A stretch of DNA of 64,000 nucleotides. It comes from Planctomycetota bacterium (GTDB lineage: Bacteria > Planctomycetota > GCA-002687715 > CAIWVZ01). The notes beneath the pieces are model-generated. The model searched no databases, was not told the origin of the DNA, and saw only the letters and a program-made list of their open reading frames with translations. Where the stretch lies: the NCBI GenBank assembly GCA_044222185.1, contig JBGANV010000011.1, positions 32,001-96,000 of the forward strand. Direction: 5' to 3'. Made by a program: the position numbers and the translations under genes. Each line of letters opens with the position of its first letter. Position 1 is the stretch's first letter. Of the stretch, positions 56,950-64,000 are shown in pieces.

Positions 56950-59900
56950 TCACTCGGGCCCCATCGGAGCCACCACCACCGTCCATTGGCGATCGCCGGG
57001 CTGCATGGGCTCAGCCTGAACGACCTTGAATCGCTTCACTCCGGCCTGGTTGCCGCTGCCGTACCGTTCGATGACGTGAACGACGTACGGTCGTTCCGCA
57101 TCGACGCTCGCCGTGAACTCGCCGCGGGCATCCGTGCGAGCACGCGTCCCGCAGAGCAGTCGGACCTGCTCCATGAGGCGGGGTCGGGTCCGATCGACGG
57201 TCATCGGCGCAGCCATGGCCTCGAACGCGGCGACGTCGTCGGCAGTCGCGCGCTGCGGAACGAGGAGGATGCTCGCCGCATCGAGCACGCCTCCGTCCTG
57301 CATGCGAACGACGCCGCGGATCGCGTGCAGGCGCTGCATCGCGATGGCGATCTCCTGCGCGTGCGTGGGATCGACGTTGACGGCTGACAGGAGCGCGCGC
57401 GGCGGCACCAGGTCCAACGCACGGACGCTCTCGACGGCGATGCGGGCCGGACCGGGCGGGAGCGACCAGATGGTGACTCGACCCGCAGCATCCGTGCGAC
57501 CCTCGTGATCGCCGCAAACCCGGAAGCCCCGGAGCGCACCTCCGCCGTAGGCTTTCACGCCGACCCCGGAGAGCGGCGCACCCGATGGATCCGTGACCTT
57601 CACGATCAGCGGTTCGCCAACGGGCAGAGTGATCGCGCCGACGTCCGCCTGGACGCCAGGGTCGAGACGCATCGCCGGAAGTTTGATCGTCGCATGCTCG
57701 GGCATGGCCACGAGCAATGAGACGTCGAGCGTGCTGGGCACGCCCGTGAGCGTGAACCGTCCGTCCCCGTCTGTCCGAGCGACCTTCGCACGAGACGCAT
57801 CACCGATCTCCGACGGCCACGATGCGACGGCGTCCAGGTCCTCGCGCCACGACACCGAGGCGCCGGGAAGCGGCACGCCGGCCGGATCGACGACGCGCCC
57901 CGCCACCGACGCGCGGTGAACGACGGGAATGACCAGAGCCGGCGGCGTGTAATCGCGAGTCGCGAGGATCCGCAAGCGGAGTTCGTCGCCTCGTCGGCGA
58001 ACGACGGGGTCGGGGGAACCGCGGCGCGACTCCGTGGCCGTCTCGAGCGGAAGTGCCGCCGTCTCGGGACCGGCGATGGCGATCCAGTCCGGCGCAGTGA
58101 CGCCGAACTCGCTCCACCCGTCGATGAGCGACGTGAGCACGAACGTCCCGTCCGGCGCGGTCCTCGTCCGCGAGACCGTCGATTGCGCCGCGACGTAGTT
58201 CGGCCGCGGGAACGCCGCGACGTCCACATCGCCGACGCCCTCCCCCGTTTCCGCGTCGATCACGATGCCGCGCGCGCTGCCGCCTCGGTGGATCGGGACC
58301 CGCACGGTCGCATCCGTGGCGGCCGGCACATCGAACGTCGCTCCGCAGAACGCGGGGTCGCGGTTGTGCATGGCGGACGTCCGTTCGGCGACCCAACCCG
58401 GCGTGTCGAGGACGACCTTGAGGACCTCGTCCTCCGGCACGTCGGCGACCATCGCATGGCCCGACTCGTCGGACACGACGACCTTCTCCCAGCCCAGGCG
58501 GCCGACACGAAGCATGAATCGGATCGGGGGCGGTGCACCGTCGCCGCTGCGCGGCTCGAAGGCGAGCGTGATCCGCCGTCCGCGCTTCATGGTCAGGATC
58601 GCGCGGCCCTGCTCGTCGAACGGTCGTTGCATCAGGAATGCACTCACGACGTCGGCAAATCCCGGCTTGCGCAGGCTGACTCGCTGGCGGGTGGGCAGGC
58701 GGCCGCCGCTGAATCGGTCGAGAAGCAGAAGGCGCGCGTCCGAGACGTATCCGGCCTGCAGGTCCAGGTCGAAGGTCCCGTCGGGCCCCGTCACCGAGTG
58801 ATCGGTCCACGGCGCGTCGAACGCATAGTCGCCGGCGCCGTTGCTGTGAATCGCCACGTGGACTCCCCCGAGCGGCTGCGCGTCGTCGTCGAGCACGATG
58901 CAGGGCACGGTGTCGGTCCGGTCGAGTTTCAGATCCACGGGTGCAAGGGCGGCACCGGCCACCACGCGGACGTCGCGCATCCCGATGGAGTACCCGAGAA
59001 GCCGCGCGACGATGCGGTGACGACCTGTCGGAACCCGCGCGAGGCTGAAGGCGCCATCGCCATCCGTCGACGTTTCGGCCAGCGCAGTCGGCGCGACGAA
59101 CGTCCGTTCGGCGTTCGCGAACCAGTCGTCGCGCGCCCGGCGCGCGTCGCCGGCCTCGGCGACGAGGACGCGCACTCCGAGCAGCGGCGTTCCCGCCGCG
59201 GTCGTCACGTGGCCGGTGATCGTCGTCGTGCGGGTTTCGCCGGCGACCTCCGCCCCGTCGGCCCGCCGCGAATCAGGGGCCTGGGGAGAGACGACTGCCG
59301 TGGACGGGTCGACCTGCAGGCCAGGCGATGACGTCGCCGGGCGCGCCGCGGCCGTGGGCGTCGGCGACGTCGGCGGAACGCTCATCGGGTCGATCGCCTG
59401 CATGGCCAGCCACGCCGTAGCGAGTCCGATCAAGAGCCACCCGCCGATCCCGAGCAGGGTCGCGCCGGCGACGGAAGCGGCGCTCACGGGAGCCGACGCA
59501 GGCAGCGCGAGCGGCAGCATCGCCAGGCTCCACGTCCGCCGGTCGCCGAATTCGGCATCGAAGCGCTCGCGCAGTTGGGCCAGGGCGCGGCTCAGCCGGT
59601 TGCGAACCGTCGTGACCGGAAGGGAGAGCCGCGCCGCGATCTCGCGAGGCGCCAGATCTTCGAAGTAGCGAAGCCCGACGACGGTTCGATACGGTGTGTC
59701 GAGCGCCGCGACCGCTTCCACGAGGCGGCGATGGAGTTCCAGCCGGTGAGCGATCTCGTCCGCGGCCCGCTCGGACTCGGCGCGCGCGACGACTGGTTCG
59801 GCGCGGCGACGGCGCACCGCCTTGCGGGCCGACTCGAAGGCGAAGTGACGGGCGACCTGGCGCAGCCAGCCTTTGGGCGACTCGAGACCCTCGGGCCGGG

Positions 59901-60033
59901 TGCGCAACGCCGCGAGCCAGGTCTGCTGAACGACGTCGTCGACCTGGTGCGGGTCGAAGACGAGACCGCGTACGACGCGGCGAACCCACTCGCCGTGAGT
60001 CAGGAGATCGTTCAATTCGAGGGACTTGGCCAT
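56950..60033 (-). CDS. ECF sigma factor fused to a TM helix and carboxypeptidase-regulatory-like (Ig/prealbumin) repeats
   Basis: Start ATG 60033. VDDVVQQTW, WLRQVAR, LRYFEDL.PREIA...TVRNRLSRAL, TM segment, then repeats G.V.D..G.P..G..V...TD.DG.F.L. Confidence 0.9.
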   Translation of the reverse strand: MAKSLELNDLLTHGEWVRRVVRGLVFDPHQVDDVVQQTWLAALRTRPEGLESPKGWLRQVARHFAFESARKAVRRRRAEPVVARAESERAADEIAHRLELHRRLVEAVAALDTPYRTVVGLRYFEDLAPREIAARLSLPVTTVRNRLSRALAQLRERFDAEFGDRRTWSLAMLPLALPASAPVSAASVAGATLLGIGGWLLIGLATAWLAMQAIDPMSVPPTSPTPTAAARPATSSPGLQVDPSTAVVSPQAPDSRRADGAEVAGETRTTTITGHVTTAAGTPLLGVRVLVAEAGDARRARDDWFANAERTFVAPTALAETSTDGDGAFSLARVPTGRHRIVARLLGYSIGMRDVRVVAGAALAPVDLKLDRTDTVPCIVLDDDAQPLGGVHVAIHSNGAGDYAFDAPWTDHSVTGPDGTFDLDLQAGYVSDARLLLLDRFSGGRLPTRQRVSLRKPGFADVVSAFLMQRPFDEQGRAILTMKRGRRITLAFEPRSGDGAPPPIRFMLRVGRLGWEKVVVSDESGHAMVADVPEDEVLKVVLDTPGWVAERTSAMHNRDPAFCGATFDVPAATDATVRVPIHRGGSARGIVIDAETGEGVGDVDVAAFPRPNYVAAQSTVSRTRTAPDGTFVLTSLIDGWSEFGVTAPDWIAIAGPETAALPLETATESRRGSPDPVVRRRGDELRLRILATRDYTPPALVIPVVHRASVAGRVVDPAGVPLPGASVSWREDLDAVASWPSEIGDASRAKVARTDGDGRFTLTGVPSTLDVSLLVAMPEHATIKLPAMRLDPGVQADVGAITLPVGEPLIVKVTDPSGAPLSGVGVKAYGGGALRGFRVCGDHEGRTDAAGRVTIWSLPPGPARIAVESVRALDLVPPRALLSAVNVDPTHAQEIAIAMQRLHAIRGVVRMQDGGVLDAASILLVPQRATADDVAAFEAMAAPMTVDRTRPRLMEQVRLLCGTRARTDARGEFTASVDAERPYVVHVIERYGSGNQAGVKRFKVVQAEPMQPGDRQWTVVVAPMGPE

Positions 60034-60491
60034 GTCGTGCTCGGCGTACCGTCGACAGGATGCCGCAGGATCCCGATCATCTGGCCGTTTTTTTCGAAGG
60101 TCGGGGTTGCGATTGGCACGCCGCCGCGGGGCTTTGGCGCCACGGGTCGGCGGCGACGACGGCGCACCGGGGCCGGGCCGACCTGTCGAGGGCGGCGGCG
60201 GGGGGCCGGTTCCGCCGCATGCCGGCGGGATTGACGGGAGGCGGGCGCCGAAGGAGGCCGTCAGCGGAGCACCGGCGCTCGCACGCCCCCGGCGGGGCCG
60301 GTGGACGGTCCGCGCCCGGCCGCCTGGGCTCACGCCGCAAGCGAGCGCGGAGGAAGCGTGGGGGCAAAAAAAGACCGTCGCGCCAACTCGAGGGTGGGCT
60401 CGAGGCTGGCGCGACGGAAGCACGATATTGCGGCTACGCCTTCCACCCCGTGCCGTTGAACGGGGCCGTCGGCGAGCCGCGGGCACTCACA

Positions 60492-62573
60492 TCAGGGCAC
60501 CAATTCGAGGCGAGTGACGTCGCTGGCGAACGATGGCTGCCCGAAGCCGTCGATCGTCGCGAAGGCATGGTGGAGAACGATGCCCGCAAGACCGGGGATG
60601 CCTGCGGGAACCGTCAACGTCGCAACCGATCGCCCGAATCCATCCAGCGTCGAGAACGTGTTGCCGAACGGCGGCAAGTTGGCGAACTGGATCGTCAGCT
60701 GGAAGTAAGGATCGATGTTCAGCGGAATGGTGAACGCCCCGACCTGGAAGCCGGGTTGGGTTCCGCTGGCCGTTCCAGCGAGCACGTACAAAGCGCCGGC
60801 GCGGGGAACGCCCGCGTCGAGATACATGGTGTGAACGCCGCCAGCCGCCGCGGAGATGTGCGACGGGACGCCGGAGATCGAGCCGAGGCGGATCGTGACG
60901 ATCGCCCCGCCACCGCCGCTCGTCGTCGGGAAGTTCACAGCCGAGCAGATCGTCCCGTCGGCGTTGAAGCTCAGCGGGTTCGCGGCTCCGTTGTTGAACT
61001 GGATGCCCGAACCGAACGAGCCGATGTTCTTGGTCGTGTTGTCCGGAAGCGTGATCACGTCGTTGCCGCGAGCGACCAACTGCAGGCCGACGATGGGATC
61101 GTAGGCATAGGTAGCGTTGCCGTTGCCGCTCACGGGGACGACGTCGCCTCCGACGAGCGATGCGCTGAAGACGATCTGGCCGCGCTCGTTCATGATCATG
61201 AAGAGGCCGGTCTGGTTGCCGAACACGGCACCCGCCGTACCCGGGGCCGGGTCGCCCTCCTGCATGATCTTCACGAAGTTGTTGGCCGTCCCCTTCCAGA
61301 TGCCGGTGTCGTTCGTCGTCGTCGTGCCGCCGCCCAGGAGCGATGCCTCGAAGGCGATCTCGTCGCCGTTGTTGATGTTGAGGCTGGCGTTGCTCACGAC
61401 GTCGAACGTGGCGCCACCGGTGCCCGGCGCGACGTCGCCGCGGCGCATGGCCATGGTCCAGCCACTGATGCCGCCGATGTACAGCGCGCGATCCGTGAGC
61501 CCGGCAACCACGTTGCCGCCGGAGATGTCAGCGGAGATCACCGTGTTCCCGTTGTTGTTGAACGTGTTCGATCCGGTGTTCACCGTCCAGCCGTTGCTGG
61601 CGAGGCTGAAGGTGCCGCCGCCGGTGCCCGGGGCCGGATCACCTTCGCGCAGGATCAGCGTGTTGCCCACGCCCTGGTTGTAGATCCAAAGCGTCTTGTC
61701 GTTCGCGGCCGTCGCTGGCGTGGTGCCGAGCGACGTCGAGAGCGTCTCGTCGTGGAGGACCTGGCCGAGGGAGTTCATCTGGCTGATGAACCCCAGTGCG
61801 CTGATGCCGACGGTGCCACCGAGGACGAGGTCGCCCTTGCGTTGCATGAGTTGGAGGTTGCCGGGAAGGCCGGTGAACCACCCCGAGTTGTTCGCGGTCG
61901 TGCCCGAGGTGATCGTGTCACCGCCGGCGGTCGCGCTCTGGAACAGGATGTATCCGCTCTCGTTGCACCCTGTCGACTGCTGGCTCATGCTCGAGAAGCT
62001 CGACGAAAGCGTGGCGCCGGCCGTGCCCGGAGCCGGATCGCCTTCGCGGAAGAACGGCGCGAGGCTGCCTGGGAGGCCACCGAAGAACGCCGAGTCGTTC
62101 GAGGTCGTGAGGCCCGTCCCCGACATCGCGGAGGCGAACATCATGATGCCGGTGCTGGACATGCGAACGGTCCCGTTGAGTCCCTGGGCCGTCGCCGTAT
62201 TCAGCGTGATGCCAGCCGGGAGGCCAGGAGCCGCGTCGCCGCCACGAATGACCATCTGCAGGTCAGCGGCCGTGTGCCCGCGGAAGAGCGCGCGCTCGTT
62301 CGTCGTCGCGATGTTCCCTGTCATGCGACTGCGGAAGAAAACCTCGCCGTTCGCGTTGATCACGGGGCTGTCGAATGGCGACGGCGGGTTGGGATTGGAG
62401 CCGGTCTGGCTCGGTGCGGCAAGCACCGCGCTCGCCGCCGTGCCGGGCGCGAACATGCCGGAATACGCGACGAAGTTTGCGCGGGTCTGGACGAGGCTCG
62501 GGCTCGCCACCTGCGCGAGCGCCGGCATCGCCAGCGCCAGGACGACCAACAGCAAAGGATTCGATCTGCTCAT
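60492..62573 (-). CDS. Secreted NxxGxxxF tandem-repeat protein with C-terminal beta-rich module
   Basis: Start ATG 62573, signal peptide, repeats INANGEVFF/INNGDEIAF/MNERGQIVF alternating with REGDPAPGT. Confidence 0.85.
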   Translation of the reverse strand: MSRSNPLLLVVLALAMPALAQVASPSLVQTRANFVAYSGMFAPGTAASAVLAAPSQTGSNPNPPSPFDSPVINANGEVFFRSRMTGNIATTNERALFRGHTAADLQMVIRGGDAAPGLPAGITLNTATAQGLNGTVRMSSTGIMMFASAMSGTGLTTSNDSAFFGGLPGSLAPFFREGDPAPGTAGATLSSSFSSMSQQSTGCNESGYILFQSATAGGDTITSGTTANNSGWFTGLPGNLQLMQRKGDLVLGGTVGISALGFISQMNSLGQVLHDETLSTSLGTTPATAANDKTLWIYNQGVGNTLILREGDPAPGTGGGTFSLASNGWTVNTGSNTFNNNGNTVISADISGGNVVAGLTDRALYIGGISGWTMAMRRGDVAPGTGGATFDVVSNASLNINNGDEIAFEASLLGGGTTTTNDTGIWKGTANNFVKIMQEGDPAPGTAGAVFGNQTGLFMIMNERGQIVFSASLVGGDVVPVSGNGNATYAYDPIVGLQLVARGNDVITLPDNTTKNIGSFGSGIQFNNGAANPLSFNADGTICSAVNFPTTSGGGGAIVTIRLGSISGVPSHISAAAGGVHTMYLDAGVPRAGALYVLAGTASGTQPGFQVGAFTIPLNIDPYFQLTIQFANLPPFGNTFSTLDGFGRSVATLTVPAGIPGLAGIVLHHAFATIDGFGQPSFASDVTRLELVP

Positions 62574-63040
62574 CTCACACGTCCTCATGGCTGAGTGCGA
62601 GCAAACTCGACGGGCATCGACCGGGGCGTCGGCGCCCCGAGGTCCGGGGCAGGTCGACCCCTGGGCCGGGCCGCAGCACGTTCCGAACCCATTTCCGCCG
62701 ACGACGCCACCTCGCGCGACGCCATCGACCGCGCTCGCCTCAGCACTGATCTCGATCTGGTTGGGGGGCAATGGACCGAACCGGTCGCCGGCGCGGTCCG
62801 GGTCCACGTCGCGCAGGGCGCAAGCCCTCGGCGCGGGACCCTCCAGTTCCCTTTAGGTCGCCGTGGGATTTTCTAGCGGGGGACATAACGAGGACGCCGC
62901 ATTTCTTGGCTGCTGCGGCTGAGACTCAGTCCTCGCACCATCCGATTCCGCGCGCCTCGCCGCGGTTCGACTCGGCATGGGACCGGGTGCGGCCTTCTGG
63001 TCGGGTCGCCCAACCGCCGGACGCGCGGCCGCCCGGCCGA

Positions 63041-64000
63041 CTAACGCGTCTCGGGGCGAGCCGTCACGGGGCGCGTCGCCGACCGGGTTCCCAGGCGGGC
63101 GACGCGAGCGAGAAGGTCGGTCCATGCCGCGGACTCGGCCATTGGCAGCCGATCTCGCTGGCTCGCGTCGCCGACCCCCGCAAAGCCGGGGTCCTCGAGG
63201 ATCCGGCGCGAGAGCGCCGCGCCCTCTTTCGCGCCGCCGTCGTTGCCGACTTCCGCCTCGGCGGCGCTGACGATCGGCGTCAGCCACGCGAGCGCCTTGC
63301 CCCGCCATTCCGCCGCATCCGCCGGGTCCACCCGTTCATTGCCGCCGCCCGTTCCGGCCGACGCCGCAGCCCTCGCGGCGAATTCCCGGAACGACTGCGG
63401 GATCGCCATCCCCGGCGGAGCCCGTCCGAGCAACTCGACGGAGAAGCGCGCCGCACTGACGTGCCGCCCCATGTACCAGGAGGCCCTGGCCAGGAACGCG
63501 AGCTGGTCCATCCCGCGGGCCAGGAGGTCGTCCATCGTTTCCTCGCGCAAGTCATCGGCGGCCGCCGCGAGGGCATCGGCCTCGGCAACCCATTCGGCCG
63601 ACGGGAACTTCCACGAAGCCCCGCGCGCCGACCCGAGCTGGTGTCCGCGGCGAAGCAACTCGCACCCTTCCCTGAATTCGCCTGCGCGAACCAACGCCTG
63701 CCCCAGATCGCAGAGGATCTCGGGCGATCGCGGGTCGCGCTCGAGGGCCTCGCGGAACGCCGTCAACGCCTCCGTAGGCCGCACGTTCGTCAACTGCACG
63801 GCCAGGGCGTGCCACACGTTCGCAGCGTCCGGCGCCAGTTCCGTCATCTTGCGCAGGAGCGGCAACGCCTCCCCCACGCGATCGTCGGCCACGAGGATCT
63901 CGGCGAGAGCCGCCACGAGATCGACCTTGTCCGGCCAGGTCGAAAGAGCCTTCCGGACGGTCTCCTCCGCATCGCGCGCCCGGCCGCTCTCCCGAAGGAC
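63041..64000 (-). CDS. C-terminal TPR region of a larger protein (probably a Ser/Thr kinase-TPR protein), 5' truncated
   Basis: Frame is open to the window edge (VLRESGRARDAEETVRKAL...). TPR helices and GHQLGS...WKFPSAEWV motif. Confidence 0.75.
   Translation of the reverse strand, partial: VLRESGRARDAEETVRKALSTWPDKVDLVAALAEILVADDRVGEALPLLRKMTELAPDAANVWHALAVQLTNVRPTEALTAFREALERDPRSPEILCDLGQALVRAGEFREGCELLRRGHQLGSARGASWKFPSAEWVAEADALAAAADDLREETMDDLLARGMDQLAFLARASWYMGRHVSAARFSVELLGRAPPGMAIPQSFREFAARAAASAGTGGGNERVDPADAAEWRGKALAWLTPIVSAAEAEVGNDGGAKEGAALSRRILEDPGFAGVGDASQRDRLPMAESAAWTDLLARVARLGTRSATRPVTARPETR

Noticed and set aside
60034-60491. GC-rich palindromic intergenic region as an ncRNA, or the 151-aa N-terminal extension of the ECF fusion
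   Set aside because: No recognisable RNA family features, and the extension is low-complexity Pro/Arg/Gly upstream of the sigma domain start at 60033.
1-64000. Idea that the window is circular, with the kinase at the left edge continuing in frame into the TPR gene at the right edge
   Set aside because: The frames happen to match, but the join would lack the kinase C-terminal subdomain and jump into mid-TPR. Coincidence.

Overview
A 64 kb stretch of high-GC bacterial chromosome. Gene content (ECF sigma factor/Ser-Thr kinase pairs, a membrane-anchored ECF, DUF1570-type gluzincins, FG-GAP proteins) suggests a Planctomycetota lineage; this is inference. About 36 coding genes are supported. They include an ECF/kinase pair, a uup-like ABC-F ATPase, a two-component system with a HEAT-repeat protein, a cbb3-type oxidase cluster, several secreted beta-propeller/FG-GAP proteins, receptor-like Ser/Thr kinases, an ABC exporter divergent from a type III PKS operon, and a cyclophilin. 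No rRNA, convincing tRNA, CRISPR array, transposase, integrase or reverse transcriptase was seen. The standout is a convergent pair of paralogous NLR-like genes (11249-14584 + and 14939-18262 -). Each encodes a tandem NDT/TIR-like N-terminus (one copy with the catalytic Glu, one without), a NACHT NTPase and an FGE-type C-type-lectin domain. Their last codons differ where a diversity-generating retroelement (DGR) template has AAC codons, and both are followed by in-register heptad repeats. They look like remotely hypermutated immune sensors whose template and RT lie outside the window. A second theme is a ~125-aa beta-rich module shared by five secreted proteins, placed C-terminally, N-terminally and apparently circularly permuted.
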